Shown in pieces: positions 9,714 through 20,490 of a stretch of DNA of 64,000 bases. The notes beneath the pieces are model-generated. The model ran no database searches and had not been told where the DNA came from. It saw only the letters and a program-made list of their open reading frames with translations. Origin of the DNA: Oscillospiraceae bacterium. Lineage in GTDB: Bacteria; Bacillota; Clostridia; Oscillospirales; Oscillospiraceae. How positions within the stretch are numbered: position 1 is the stretch's first letter; the number at the start of each line of letters is the position of its first letter. The position numbers and the translations under genes are program-made. The stretch spans positions 7,295 to 71,294 of the forward strand of contig JAFQCX010000022.1 of NCBI GenBank assembly GCA_017416245.1, in the 5' to 3' direction.

Positions 9714-11171
9714 TTATAACTCCTCAACAAATGCCAGCATAGCATCCTTCTCGATCACGCCGGTGTGCAGTTCCTTCTTTTCCTGCAAGCCGGAAAGATT
9801 TGCAGGAACAGGCCAGCCGGTGAGCTTTTCCAAATACGCCATCTGGGCAAATTCGTCCATTTCCGGCGCATCCGTCAGAGAGGACAGAACGGCTGCCGGG
9901 AACTTATAGGCAGATGCGGTAGACAGCACCACCATAGGACGGTTATCGCCGGTTTGGTTTACATAATCTTCTGCCACAGCCCAGCCGGTAGCGGTGTGGG
10001 TATCACAGAGATACTTCTGATTTTCGAACACATTCTGAATGGTCTGCTTTGCCTTTGCATCGTCGCAGTAGCCTGCCCAGAATTCTTCCTTGATAGCCGC
10101 TTTCAGCTCTGCGGGAACTTCGTAGACGCCCTTGGTGTTCAGCTCCTGCATAAGGCCGGCAACCAACGCGGTATCATTGGACAGGAAGTACAGGAGTCTT
10201 TCCAGATTGGAGGACACCAGAATGTCCATAGAGGGAGATGCGGTCTTGTGCAGGGGGCGGCGGCGGTCGTAAACGCCGGTTTCAATGAAGTCTGTGAGCA
10301 CATTATTGGCATTGGAGGCGCACACCAGCTTGCCAACGGGCAGACCCAGCTGCTTTGCCAGCCAGCCGGCCAGGATATCGCCGAAATTGCCGGTGGGCAC
10401 GCAGAAATTCACCTTGTCGCCCATTTTGATCTGGCCACGGCGCAGCAGGTCTGCGTAGGCCTTAAAATAGTATGTAATCTGGGGAGCAAGTCTGCCGATA
10501 TTGATAGAGTTGGCGGTGGACAGGCGCAGGCGGTTGCCGGCGGGGAGTCTTCCCTCCACGGCGCTGGCGAAGATGTTCTTCACGCCGGTTTGGGCATCGT
10601 CGAAATTGCCCTTGACGGCGCAAACCGCAACGTTATTGCCCTCCTGGGTGACCATCTGCGCCCGCTGCACAGCAGACACGCCGCCGTCGGGATAGAACAC
10701 GCAGATCTTCACGCCCTCTACATTAGAAAAGCCTGCCAATGCAGCCTTGCCGGTATCGCCGGAGGTAGCAGTGAGGATCAGAATGTCCTCCTGCATACCC
10801 TTTTCCTTCTTAGCCGCAGTGAGCAGCTGAGGCAGCATACACAGAGCAACGTCCTTAAAGGCGGAGGTAGGACCACGGAACAGCTCCAGCACAGTAAACT
10901 TGCCGGTGTCCACGGTGGGGGTCAGCTCCTCAGTCTGGAATTTGCCGCTGTATGCCCGGCGCACCAGCTCGCCCATATTGGGAATGGCGGGCAGCATAGC
11001 GCCGATGATCCGCTGGGCCATCTGCATAGTATCCTCCTGCAGGCAGGCGGCAACGTCGATTTGGGGCAGCTTCTCCGGCACATACAGGCCGCCGTCGGGG
11101 GCTAAGCCGGACAGAACGGCCTGGGCACTATCCACGGTGGATAGACAATTTCGGGTAGAATGGTATAACAT
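9714..11171 (-). CDS. thrC: Threonine synthase
   Basis: GLAPDGGL, GPTSAFKD (PLP Lys), ATSGDTG, PTGNFG and SPSMDI motifs. Confidence 0.96.
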   Translation of the reverse strand: MLYHSTRNCLSTVDSAQAVLSGLAPDGGLYVPEKLPQIDVAACLQEDTMQMAQRIIGAMLPAIPNMGELVRRAYSGKFQTEELTPTVDTGKFTVLELFRGPTSAFKDVALCMLPQLLTAAKKEKGMQEDILILTATSGDTGKAALAGFSNVEGVKICVFYPDGGVSAVQRAQMVTQEGNNVAVCAVKGNFDDAQTGVKNIFASAVEGRLPAGNRLRLSTANSINIGRLAPQITYYFKAYADLLRRGQIKMGDKVNFCVPTGNFGDILAGWLAKQLGLPVGKLVCASNANNVLTDFIETGVYDRRRPLHKTASPSMDILVSSNLERLLYFLSNDTALVAGLMQELNTKGVYEVPAELKAAIKEEFWAGYCDDAKAKQTIQNVFENQKYLCDTHTATGWAVAEDYVNQTGDNRPMVVLSTASAYKFPAAVLSSLTDAPEMDEFAQMAYLEKLTGWPVPANLSGLQEKKELHTGVIEKDAMLAFVEEL

Positions 11172-11360
11172 ACTGGTTTCCTCCGCAATTTTCAGCTTTT
11201 TTTCTTGACTTTCTGCACAAATTCAAAGTATAATGGAAACAATTATTTTATTTATACAATAATTGTAATTACATTGGGTATATGATATACTTTTTTATAA
11301 GAAATTGCAAGTAATTTCAATGATTTTTTCATTGAACGAGAGAGACAGGAGGAAATGATT

Positions 11361-12482
11361 ATGCGAATTGGTTTGTTAGGCTTCGGCGTTGTGGGCAGAG
11401 GTGTTTACGATCTGACCGCTTCCCGGGAGGATATGACCGTTGCGAAAGTTGTGTGTCTGGAGGATGTCTCCCTGCCCGACGCAGAGGTAACCAAAAACTT
11501 TCAGGATGTGCTGAAAGATGATTCTATCGATACCGTGATCGAGGCCATGGGCGGTCTGCATCCTGCTTATGAGTTTGTAAAGGCTTCCATCGAAGCCGGC
11601 AAAAACATCGTCACCTCTAACAAGGCGCTGGTTGCCACCTTCTACGACGAGCTGATCCCCCTTGCCAAGGAAAAGGGTGTGTGCTTCCGCTGCACCGCTG
11701 CTGTAGGCGGCGGTATCGGCTGGCTTTCTGAGCTGGAGCGGGCTCGCCGGATGCAGACCATCGAAAAGGTGGGCGGCATTATGAACGGTACCTGCAACTA
11801 CATTTTGGACTCTATGACCCGTTTGGGCCTTGGCTATGACGAGGCGCTGAAGCAGGCCCAGGCTTTGGGCTATGCCGAAGCAAACCCCACCACTGACGTG
11901 GAGGGTATCGACACCTGGCATAAGGTGATCCTGTCTTCTAATGTCGCCTTCGGTATCAGCCTGGACACCAACACCGTGCCCGTTGCAGGTATCAGCAAGA
12001 TCACTGCCGCCGACGTGGAGAATTTCACTGCCCACGGTCTGGTGTGCAAGCTGATCTCCACCGGTAAGTGTGCAGAGGGCAAGGTCAGCGCGTACGTGCA
12101 GCCCACCCTGGTAAAGCTGGGCGAGCCGGAATCCGCTGTTCCTGCTAACTTCAATCTGATCACACTGGTTGGCTCTGCCTCCGGCCGGATGAGCTTCTAC
12201 GGTCAGGGCGCAGGTCGTTACCCCACCGCATATAATGTGGTGCAGGACTGCGCTGACGTGCTGGCAGGCCGCGGCTTCTACAGCCCCTACGGCGCAAAGG
12301 TTGCCGCTGAGAACACCGACAGCATGCGCTACTATGTTAGCGGCGCTACCGATGCCTGGCTGGAAGAAAACGCCGCAGAGCGTTGGAACAACGCCATCAT
12401 CACAAAGCCCGTCACTGTGGAGGCTATGCACGCATGGCGTAAGGAAAACGCCGACGCCTTCATCGCAGCATTTGCAGAATAA
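11361..12482 (+). CDS. hom: Homoserine dehydrogenase
   Basis: GFGVVG, TSNKAL, NGTCNYIL, GYAEANP and GQGAG motifs; alternative ATG at 11355. Confidence 0.93.
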   Translation: MRIGLLGFGVVGRGVYDLTASREDMTVAKVVCLEDVSLPDAEVTKNFQDVLKDDSIDTVIEAMGGLHPAYEFVKASIEAGKNIVTSNKALVATFYDELIPLAKEKGVCFRCTAAVGGGIGWLSELERARRMQTIEKVGGIMNGTCNYILDSMTRLGLGYDEALKQAQALGYAEANPTTDVEGIDTWHKVILSSNVAFGISLDTNTVPVAGISKITAADVENFTAHGLVCKLISTGKCAEGKVSAYVQPTLVKLGEPESAVPANFNLITLVGSASGRMSFYGQGAGRYPTAYNVVQDCADVLAGRGFYSPYGAKVAAENTDSMRYYVSGATDAWLEENAAERWNNAIITKPVTVEAMHAWRKENADAFIAAFAE

Positions 12483-12506
12483 TCCAATAGGAAGGATAGA
12501 TTTTCC

Positions 12507-13823
12507 ATGTTGAAAGTAACAAAATTCGGCGGCTCCTCCATGGCAGACGCCGGTCAGTACATCAAGGTTCGCGACATTCTCATGTCCGACAAAGCCCGTC
12601 AGGTAGCCATCGTCTCCGCTGCCGGCAAGCGCAACAGTGGCGATCACAAGATCACGGATCTGCTGTATCTGTGCCACGCCCACACCCAGTACGGTGTGGC
12701 TTGCGACCCTGTATTTGAAATGATCACCTCCCGTTACATTGAGATTCGGGATGAACTGGGCATCCAGCTGGACCTGGAAACCGAGTTTGCAGAGCTGAAA
12801 AAGCGTCTGGATGCCAAGCAGGTCACCCAGGACGAAATGGCCAGCCGGGGCGAATATTTCTCCGCCAAGCTAATGGCCGCTTTTCTGGGCTTTGAGTTTG
12901 TGGACGCAGTGGATTGGGTGTTCTTTAACATCGACGGCACTGTGGACACCGAAAAGTCCTACAAGGCCTTCTGCGACAAGGCAAAGGGCAAGTGCGTGGT
13001 GACCCCCGGCTTCTACGGTGTGATGCCCGACGGCAGTATCCGCACCTTCTCCCGCGGTGGCAGTGATATCACCGGCTCTCTGGCAGCTGCTGCGCTGGAT
13101 GCGGATGTCTACGAAAACTGGACCGATGTTTCCGGCATTTTGATGGCTGACCCCAGAATCGTGGAAAATCCCCACCCCATTGCCGAGATCACCTACGAGG
13201 AGCTGCGTGAACTGGCTTACGCCGGCGCTAACGTGCTTCACGAAGGCGCTATCTACCCCGTACGGAAGAAGAATATTCCCCTGAACATCCGCAACACCAA
13301 CGATCCTGCCAACCCCGGCACTATGATCAAGAAGCATTTCGAGACCGAGGTGGATCCTCACCGGATCATCACCGGCATCGCCGGCAAGAAGGACTTCTCC
13401 ATTATCACCATTTTCAAGAGAGGTCTGACCAATCAGGTGGGTATCCTGCGCAGAATCCTGTCTGTGCTGGAAAAGCACGGCGTTTCCGTGGAGTTTGTGC
13501 CCAACGGTATGGATAACGTTTCCCTGGCGATCCCCACCGACAAGCTGACTCCCCATCTGTACGCGATCTTAGCCGACATTCAGCAGGAGATCGCGCCGGA
13601 CAACATCACCGTTCACGACCAGATCTCCGTGATCACTGCCGTTGGCCATCAAATGAAGTTCCGCCCCGGTGTATCCGGTAAGATCTTCGCCGCGCTGGGT
13701 CAGGCAGGCATCAATATCCGTATGATCAACCAGGGCCCCGATGAGCTGAACATCATCTTCGGCGTGGAAAACAAGGACTTTGCCGAGGCTATTCGGGTTC
13801 TGTATAACAGCTTTATCAAATAA
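12507..13823 (+). CDS. Aspartate kinase
   Basis: KFGGSS, FSRGGSDITG and WTDVSG motifs; two C-terminal ACT domains. Confidence 0.95.
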   Translation: MLKVTKFGGSSMADAGQYIKVRDILMSDKARQVAIVSAAGKRNSGDHKITDLLYLCHAHTQYGVACDPVFEMITSRYIEIRDELGIQLDLETEFAELKKRLDAKQVTQDEMASRGEYFSAKLMAAFLGFEFVDAVDWVFFNIDGTVDTEKSYKAFCDKAKGKCVVTPGFYGVMPDGSIRTFSRGGSDITGSLAAAALDADVYENWTDVSGILMADPRIVENPHPIAEITYEELRELAYAGANVLHEGAIYPVRKKNIPLNIRNTNDPANPGTMIKKHFETEVDPHRIITGIAGKKDFSIITIFKRGLTNQVGILRRILSVLEKHGVSVEFVPNGMDNVSLAIPTDKLTPHLYAILADIQQEIAPDNITVHDQISVITAVGHQMKFRPGVSGKIFAALGQAGINIRMINQGPDELNIIFGVENKDFAEAIRVLYNSFIK

Positions 13824-13838
13824 GGGAGGATACCTTTT

Positions 13839-14840
13839 ATGAAACAGTACACTGTTGCGATCCTGGGCGCCACCGGCGCAGTAGGCCAGGAAATGATCCA
13901 CATTTTGGAAGAGCGCAATTTCCCCGTAGGAAAGCTGATTCCTCTGGCAAGCGAAAGAAGCGCAGGCAAAACCCTGAAGTTTAAGGGTGAGGACGTGACT
14001 ATCGGCTTGGCCTGCGATGAGGCTTTTGAGGGCGTAGATATCGTTTTGGGCGCTGCTGAAAACGATATCGCCAAGAAGTTTGCCCCCGCTATTGTGAAGG
14101 CTGGCGCAGTATTCGTGGATAATTCCTCTGCCTTCCGTCTGCAGGACGATGTGCCTCTGATCGTTCCCGAGGTCAACCCCGAGGATGTGAAGTGGCACAA
14201 GGGCATTATCTCTAACCCCAACTGCTCTACCATCATTACCATGACTGCTGTGAACGCGCTGAACAACATCTCCCCCATCCGCACCATGACCACCTCCACC
14301 TATCAGGCGGTTTCCGGCGCTGGCGCAGGCGGTCCTATTGAACTGATGGCTGAGGTCGAGGCTCTTTCCAAGGGCGAAAGCTACGAGCCCAAGGTGTTCT
14401 CTCACCAGATCGCCTACAATCTGATTCCTCAGATCGGCAGCGAGCAATTCGAAGGCTACACCAGCGAGGAGATGAAAATGCAGAACGAGGGCAGAAAGAT
14501 CATGCATCTGCCGGAACTGAAGGTTTCCTGCACCTGCGTCCGTGTTCCCGTTGTGCGCAGCCACTCCATTTCCGTTTCTCTGCACTTTGACGTGCCTGTA
14601 ACTGTGGAGCAGGTGCGCCAGGTTATTGCAAAGGCTCCCGGCTGTAAGCTGGTAGATGATTTGGCAAATAAGCAGTATCCCATGCCTCTGGAAACCAGCG
14701 GTCAGGATATTGTGTATGTGGGTCGTATTCGTCCCGACCTGACTGACGATTGCGGTATCTGCCTGTGGTGCTGTGGTGACCAGGTCCGTAAGGGCGCTGC
14801 CACCAACGCCATCCAGATCGCAGAGTTGCTTATTCAGTAA
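13839..14840 (+). CDS. asd: Aspartate-semialdehyde dehydrogenase
   Basis: GATGAVG, DNSSAFR, NPNCST and RKGAATNA motifs. Confidence 0.97.
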   Translation: MKQYTVAILGATGAVGQEMIHILEERNFPVGKLIPLASERSAGKTLKFKGEDVTIGLACDEAFEGVDIVLGAAENDIAKKFAPAIVKAGAVFVDNSSAFRLQDDVPLIVPEVNPEDVKWHKGIISNPNCSTIITMTAVNALNNISPIRTMTTSTYQAVSGAGAGGPIELMAEVEALSKGESYEPKVFSHQIAYNLIPQIGSEQFEGYTSEEMKMQNEGRKIMHLPELKVSCTCVRVPVVRSHSISVSLHFDVPVTVEQVRQVIAKAPGCKLVDDLANKQYPMPLETSGQDIVYVGRIRPDLTDDCGICLWCCGDQVRKGAATNAIQIAELLIQ

Positions 14841-14884
14841 GTAAATCACTTAGCGTGATTCACATATGAAAAAGGAGAATGAAT

Positions 14885-15847
14885 ATGAAAAAGAAAGTCT
14901 TATCCCTCGTATTGGTTGCTCTGATGGTCCTTTCTATGGCCGCTTGCAGCAGCCCCGCAAAAACTGAGGACGGCACCTATTCCGTGGGTATTGTCCAACT
15001 GATGCAGCACGTTGCTTTGGACCAGGCCACCGAAGGTTTCAAGAAGGCGCTGACCGAGAAGCTGGGCGACAAGGTCACCTTTGATGTGCAGCTGGCCAGT
15101 GGCGAAGCTACCAACTGCTCCACCATCGTAACCAAGTTCGTCAACAACAATGTAGACCTGATCATGGCAAATGCTACTCCCGCCGTGATCGCTGCTAAGG
15201 AAGCTACCTCCACCATTCCCATTGTGGGCACTTCCGTTACCGACTATGTTTCCGAGGAAGCTGCTATCGTAGCCTCCAACGAAGCGCCCGGAGGCAACGT
15301 TACCGGTTACTCCGATCTGAGCGATATTTCTGCTCACGTAGATCTGAGCAAGAAGCTCTTCCCCGAGGCTAAGACCGTTGCTATCGTTTACTGCTCTGCA
15401 GAGCCCAACTCTGTGATCCAGGGCAAGCAGGCCGATGAGCTTTACAAGAAGGCAGGCTTCACCACCGTCACCCTGACTGCCAGCGACATCACCACTCTGG
15501 CAAGCGTTGTGACCGCTGCCTGCGACCAGGCTGATATGATCTACATTCCTACCGACAACCTGTTTGCAGAAAATATGGAAGCTGTCAAGAACATTGCTGA
15601 GCCTGCCAAGATTCCCGTTGTGTGCGGCGAGGGCGGTATGGTGCAGGCCGGTGGCACTGCAACTGTGTCCATCGACTACTACTCCCTGGGCTATAAGGCC
15701 GGCGAAATGGCTTACAGCATTATGGTGGAAGGCGCTGACCCCGCCACTACCCCCATCGGCTTCATGAAGGCTGAGGATATGGAGCTGGTGATCAACCAGA
15801 GCAACGTTTCTGCCCTGGGCATTACCATTCCCGAAGATATGAAGTAA
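14885..15847 (+). CDS. ABC transporter substrate-binding lipoprotein (TrpX-like)
   Basis: Lipobox MAAC; QHVALD, NVTGYSD and PTDN motifs of the ABC_sub_bind family. Confidence 0.85.
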   Translation: MKKKVLSLVLVALMVLSMAACSSPAKTEDGTYSVGIVQLMQHVALDQATEGFKKALTEKLGDKVTFDVQLASGEATNCSTIVTKFVNNNVDLIMANATPAVIAAKEATSTIPIVGTSVTDYVSEEAAIVASNEAPGGNVTGYSDLSDISAHVDLSKKLFPEAKTVAIVYCSAEPNSVIQGKQADELYKKAGFTTVTLTASDITTLASVVTAACDQADMIYIPTDNLFAENMEAVKNIAEPAKIPVVCGEGGMVQAGGTATVSIDYYSLGYKAGEMAYSIMVEGADPATTPIGFMKAEDMELVINQSNVSALGITIPEDMK

Positions 15848-15943
15848 GCAAATACTCTTTTTCACAGAGGCGGGATTTTTCCCGCCTCTGTCCTAATAAC
15901 CTGCCGGCTTTTTTACCGGCAATTGCCTTCGGAGGTTTTTCTT

Positions 15944-16855
15944 ATGCAATTTATTTCCTCTTTGTTAAAGATGCTCCCCGACGCGGCTGCCCAAGGTCTT
16001 ATTTGGGGCATTATGGCGTTGGGTGTGTACATCACCTACAAGGTGCTGGATTATTCCGACCTGACAGTGGATGGCTCTATCGTTACCGGCGGCGCAGTTT
16101 TCGCATTGCTGGTTTTGAACGGTGTCCCCATCGCTGTGGCAATGGTAGCCTCCTTCATTGCCGGCTCCATTGCAGGCCTGCTTACCGCACTGCTACATAC
16201 CCGTTTGGGTATCCCCCCCATTCTCTCCGGCATTTTGACGCAGCTTGGGCTGTATTCCATCAATTTGCGGATCATGGGTAAATCACTGCTTGCCGTCAGC
16301 GTGGACAAGTTCCCCCTGCTGGTTTCCACCCGGAATCAAGGCGCCTCCTGCCTTGTGGCGCTGCTGTTTGTTGTGGCAGTGATCGGTCTGATGTACTGGT
16401 TTTTCGGCACGGAACTTGGCTGCTCCATCCGCGCTACCGGCGCAAATGCCAATATGAGCCGCGCCCAGGGTATCAACACCAACAACACAAAGCTGCTGGG
16501 TCTGGTGCTGGGCAACGGCCTTGTAGGCCTCAGCGGCGCACTCTACACCCAGTATTTGGGTAGTGTTACTGTCAATATGGGCCGCGGCGCCATCGTGATT
16601 GGACTGGCTGCCGTCATTATCGGCGAGGTTCTTTTCGGCAAGCTGTTCTCAAACTTTGCGTTGAAGCTTGCATCTGTGGTGATCGGCGCTATTCTCTACT
16701 ATGTGGTCATCGCATTGGTGATCCAGCTGGGTCTGAATACCGACGATTTGAAGCTGTTCTCCGCAGTTTTTGTTGCGATTTTCCTTGCTGTTCCCCACTT
16801 GAAGGAAAAACTACACCTTCACAAGAAAACCAAAGGAGGTGTCTCCCGTGCTTGA
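15944..16855 (+). CDS. ABC transporter permease (TrpY-like)
   Basis: DLTVDGS and IRATGAN motifs; multiple TM segments; ATG after SD ggagg. Confidence 0.85.
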   Translation: MQFISSLLKMLPDAAAQGLIWGIMALGVYITYKVLDYSDLTVDGSIVTGGAVFALLVLNGVPIAVAMVASFIAGSIAGLLTALLHTRLGIPPILSGILTQLGLYSINLRIMGKSLLAVSVDKFPLLVSTRNQGASCLVALLFVVAVIGLMYWFFGTELGCSIRATGANANMSRAQGINTNNTKLLGLVLGNGLVGLSGALYTQYLGSVTVNMGRGAIVIGLAAVIIGEVLFGKLFSNFALKLASVVIGAILYYVVIALVIQLGLNTDDLKLFSAVFVAIFLAVPHLKEKLHLHKKTKGGVSRA

Positions 16856-17642
16856 TATTCAAAATATTTTCAAGACCTTTAACGCCGGCACTGTAAACGA
16901 AAAAACCGCTCTGAACGGCGTTTCCCTCCATTTGAATGAGGGCGAATCCGTTGCAGTTATCGGCGGTAACGGCGCAGGCAAATCCACCCTTATGAATTCT
17001 GTGGCAGGCACCTGGTTTGTGGATAGCGGCCGCATTGTGCTGGACGGTATGGATATTACCCATCTGCCCGAGCATAAGCGCGCAAAGTACATCGGCCGTG
17101 TTTTCCAGGATCCTATGATGGGCACTGCCGCAACTATGCAGATCGAAGAGAATCTTGCGCTGGCTCTGCGCCGCGGACAGGGACGTACCTTGCGCAGCGG
17201 TATCACACGGGGAGAACGGGAGATGTTCCGTGAGCTTCTCAGCACGCTGGACTTGGGATTGGAAGACAGACTCACCGCTAAAGTTGGTCTTCTTTCCGGC
17301 GGACAGCGCCAGGCGCTGACCCTGCTGATGGCAAGCCTTGTGAAGCCCAAGCTGCTGCTCTTGGACGAGCACACCGCCGCCCTTGACCCCAAAACTGCCG
17401 CCAAGGTTATGGCTGTTACCAGAACCATCGTCAACCGTGATGCCCTCACCACCTTGATGATCACCCACAATATGCGTGACGCCATCGAGTACGGCGACCG
17501 TCTGATCATGATGTATGAAGGACGGATCGCCCTGGACATTGCAGGCGAAGAAAAGCAAAAGCTCACCGTTGAGGATCTGCTGGCCAAGTTTGGTCAGGCA
17601 ACCGGCTCCGATGAGGCAGACGACAAGCTGCTGCTTTCTTAA
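16848..17642 (+). CDS. ABC transporter ATP-binding protein (TrpZ-like)
   Basis: GGNGAGKST, LSGGQRQ and LLLDEHTAALDP motifs; GTG start. Confidence 0.88.
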   Translation: MLDIQNIFKTFNAGTVNEKTALNGVSLHLNEGESVAVIGGNGAGKSTLMNSVAGTWFVDSGRIVLDGMDITHLPEHKRAKYIGRVFQDPMMGTAATMQIEENLALALRRGQGRTLRSGITRGEREMFRELLSTLDLGLEDRLTAKVGLLSGGQRQALTLLMASLVKPKLLLLDEHTAALDPKTAAKVMAVTRTIVNRDALTTLMITHNMRDAIEYGDRLIMMYEGRIALDIAGEEKQKLTVEDLLAKFGQATGSDEADDKLLLS

Positions 17643-17728
17643 ATTCATAAAACGAGCATTCCCACGTCTGCGATAGCAGGCGTGGGAATTTACTTTTAGT
17701 TGGGAGTGCCACAGGCGAGAACCTTTTT

Positions 17729-17754
17729 GGACCGTCGAGGACGCCGGTCCCTAC
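17729..17754 (-). repeat. Solo GTAG-tagged REP
   Basis: Minus strand gtagggaccggcgtcctcgacggtcc. Confidence 0.7.
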
Positions 17755-17760
17755 TGTTAT

Positions 17761-17796
17761 AAAAAAGTCTGCTATCTATGGATAGCAGACTTTTTT
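17761..17796. terminator. Bidirectional intrinsic terminator
   Basis: aaaaaagtctgctatc-tatg-gatagcagactttttt. Confidence 0.88.
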
Positions 17797-17798
17797 GT

Positions 17799-20132
17799 TT
17801 AGAATTGGGTGGGCTCAATGTGCCAGATTTCCTCTGCGTACTGACGAATGGTACGGTCGGAGGAGAACTTGGCGCCGCTGGCAATATTCATCAGGCACTT
17901 TCTGCCGAATGCCAGCTTATCCGCAGAATCCCGGTTGGCCCGCAGCTTGGCTTCCAGATAGGATTCATAATCCAGCAGCAGGAAGTAGTGGTCTGCCTTG
18001 TGCCAGGCAGTGCCGTCAAGCAGCGCGTGGTACAGCTCCCGCTGGTCGTCATCGGTGGGAACTGTGCCGTCCACCAGGGTATCGATGGCCCGGTGCAGGC
18101 GGGGGTTGGTATCGTAGATGCCGCGGGCATAGTAGCTATCCCGGGCTTCATTGATCTGCTGCACGGTATGGCCGAAGATATAGTTGTTCTCCATACCTGC
18201 TTCCTTGATGATCTCCACGTTGGCGCCGTCCAGAGTGCCCAAGGTCACCGCGCCGTTTAGCATCAGCTTCATATTGCCGGTGCCGGAAGCCTCTGTGCCG
18301 GCGGGAGATATCTGCTCGGAGATATCCGCAGCGGGGATGATGGACTCAGCATAAGAGCAGTTATAGTTCTGCACGAATACCACTTTCATCTTATCGTACA
18401 TATCCGGGTCGTTATTGATCATATGGGCGATCCGATTGATATAGCGGATGATCGCCTTGGCACGGGCATAGCCGGGTGCAGACTTTGCGCCGAACAGGTA
18501 TACTGTAGGCTGGAAGTCTGTTAAGCTGCCATCCTTCAGACGGAAGTAGATGTCCACGATGGACAGGGCGTTCAGCAGCTGCCGCTTATATTCGTGCAGG
18601 CGCTTGACCTGCACATCAAACAGGAAGTCAGGGTTCAGCTTAATGCCCTCACGCTTGTAAACTACCTCACAAAGCTGCTGCTTTTTCTGGCGCTTTACAG
18701 CGTTGAACTGGCGCACCAAATCGTCATCGATCAGAGGCTTCAGTTGATTCAGCTTATCCAAATCTTTGAGGAAGTCGCCGCCGATGCGGTACTTGATCAG
18801 CTGGGTCAGCTCCGGGTTACACAGACCCATCCACCGGCGGGGGGTAACACCGTTGGTCTTGTTCTGGAAGCGTTCGGGGAACACCTCATACCACTGACGG
18901 AACACATCGTCCTTCAAGATCTGAGAGTGGATCTCTGCAACACCGTTGATATAGCTGCCTACGTAAATGGAGAGGTTTGCCATATAGGCGGTGTTATTAT
19001 CCACGATAAACAATCCGGGATGCTCGGCCCTCAGCTTGGCATCGATACGGCAAATAATATCTACGATCTCCGGCACAACGCTACGCAGCAGGTCCAGATT
19101 CCACTTTTCCAGTGCCTCACCCATAACCGTGTGGTTGGTGTAGGAGAAGGTCTTTTGGGCAACGGCAAAGCTCTGCTCAAAATCCATACCCTCCAGCATC
19201 AGCAAGCGGATCAGCTCAGGGATCGACATAGCCGGGTGGGTATCGTTCAGCTGGACGCAGTAAAATTCTGCAAAGTGGCTCATATCCGTGCCGTGAGAGG
19301 TCTTATACACCCGCAGAATATCCTGCAGGGATGCGCTTGACAGCACATACTGCTGCTTGATACGCAGGCGCTTGCCCTCCCAGGTGGAGTCGTTGGGATA
19401 GAGCACCCGGGTGATGTCCTCGGCCTTGTTCTTTTGGGTCAAGGCCCGCAAGTAGTCCTGATCGTTGAAGGCGTTGAAGTCCAGCTCCTCCTCTGCCTCG
19501 CACTGCCACAGACGGAGCGTGCCGATATTCTGTGTGCCGTAGCCAATAACAGGCACATCATAGGGCACAGCCAAAACGGTATGGTCGGGAAATGCTACCC
19601 GCACAGTGTGGTTATACCGGCGGTAGGACCAAGGGTCACCGAATTTTGCCCAGTCGTCGGCATTTTCTTTCTGACTACCGTTTGCATCAAAGCTCTGCTT
19701 AAACAGGCCAAAGCGATAGCGCAGGCCGTAGCCGGACAGAGGAATGTCTGTGCTGGCGGCAGAATCCAGGAAGCAGGCAGCCAATCTGCCCAAGCCACCG
19801 TTACCCAGGGCCGCATCCTCGATTTCTTCCAAAATAGCCAGGTCCACGCCCCGCTGGGCGAACAGCTGCTTCATCTCGTCCAAGATGCCCAGATTGTACA
19901 GGTTGGAATACACCAGTCTGCCAATCAAATACTCCGCAGAAATATAGTAAGCCTTTCGCGCAGGCATACGGGTGTGCTTGGCGTTGTTCCAGTTATCGGA
20001 AATCGCCATCATCACCGCCTCGCCCAAAGCCTCGTGCAGCTCTTGCGCGCTGGCCTCCCGCAAAGACACGTCGTAAGCATATTTCAGCTTCGCCTCGGTC
20101 ATTTTCAAAATATTTAAACAATTATAGCTCAT
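17799..20132 (-). CDS. glgP: Glycogen/maltodextrin phosphorylase
   Basis: LGNGGLGRLAAC, QLNDTHP, KRLHEYKRQ and EASGTGNMK motifs; start MSYNC after SD aaggag. Confidence 0.95.
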   Translation of the reverse strand: MSYNCLNILKMTEAKLKYAYDVSLREASAQELHEALGEAVMMAISDNWNNAKHTRMPARKAYYISAEYLIGRLVYSNLYNLGILDEMKQLFAQRGVDLAILEEIEDAALGNGGLGRLAACFLDSAASTDIPLSGYGLRYRFGLFKQSFDANGSQKENADDWAKFGDPWSYRRYNHTVRVAFPDHTVLAVPYDVPVIGYGTQNIGTLRLWQCEAEEELDFNAFNDQDYLRALTQKNKAEDITRVLYPNDSTWEGKRLRIKQQYVLSSASLQDILRVYKTSHGTDMSHFAEFYCVQLNDTHPAMSIPELIRLLMLEGMDFEQSFAVAQKTFSYTNHTVMGEALEKWNLDLLRSVVPEIVDIICRIDAKLRAEHPGLFIVDNNTAYMANLSIYVGSYINGVAEIHSQILKDDVFRQWYEVFPERFQNKTNGVTPRRWMGLCNPELTQLIKYRIGGDFLKDLDKLNQLKPLIDDDLVRQFNAVKRQKKQQLCEVVYKREGIKLNPDFLFDVQVKRLHEYKRQLLNALSIVDIYFRLKDGSLTDFQPTVYLFGAKSAPGYARAKAIIRYINRIAHMINNDPDMYDKMKVVFVQNYNCSYAESIIPAADISEQISPAGTEASGTGNMKLMLNGAVTLGTLDGANVEIIKEAGMENNYIFGHTVQQINEARDSYYARGIYDTNPRLHRAIDTLVDGTVPTDDDQRELYHALLDGTAWHKADHYFLLLDYESYLEAKLRANRDSADKLAFGRKCLMNIASGAKFSSDRTIRQYAEEIWHIEPTQF

Positions 20133-20428
20133 ATACAATCTCCTTAGCCTGAGCAATATAATCCGAATCCGCCTAATCTGCCCATAATGCAGTGTATGGC
20201 GCGAATCTATCATTGGTTCCATTTATTACAATGAGTATTGCCATATTTGCAAGATAAATATGCATGGATAAATTATAACAGTTTATTGCCACACGGTCAA
20301 GAAAAAGTCTTTGTTTTTGACACTTTTTTGCATTCTGCTGCTGTTACAAAAAGTGGCTGTTTTCAATGGTTTTTTCTTCCTGCCGGTCGCAAAACGCACC
20401 TGCGTGGCGGCAGGTGTATTGCAACAAC

Positions 20429-20466
20429 AAAATCTCCGGAATGTTTGACCATTCCGGAGATTTTTT
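20429..20466 (-). terminator. Terminator after msmX
   Basis: aaaatctccggaatg-tttgac-cattccggagatttt. Confidence 0.8.
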
Positions 20467-20490
20467 ATGCAGTTAAGTAGCGCTTTGGAA

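Noticed and set aside
11188-11202. Possible CodY box AATTTTCAGCTTTTT upstream of thrC
   Set aside because: Four mismatches in an AT-rich spacer; not distinguishable from chance
11376-15865. Long antisense ORFs (e.g. 11376-12683, 13569-14849, 14900-15865; likewise 54324-56126 and others)
   Set aside because: Shadow frames of strongly codon-biased genes; no motifs and no SD
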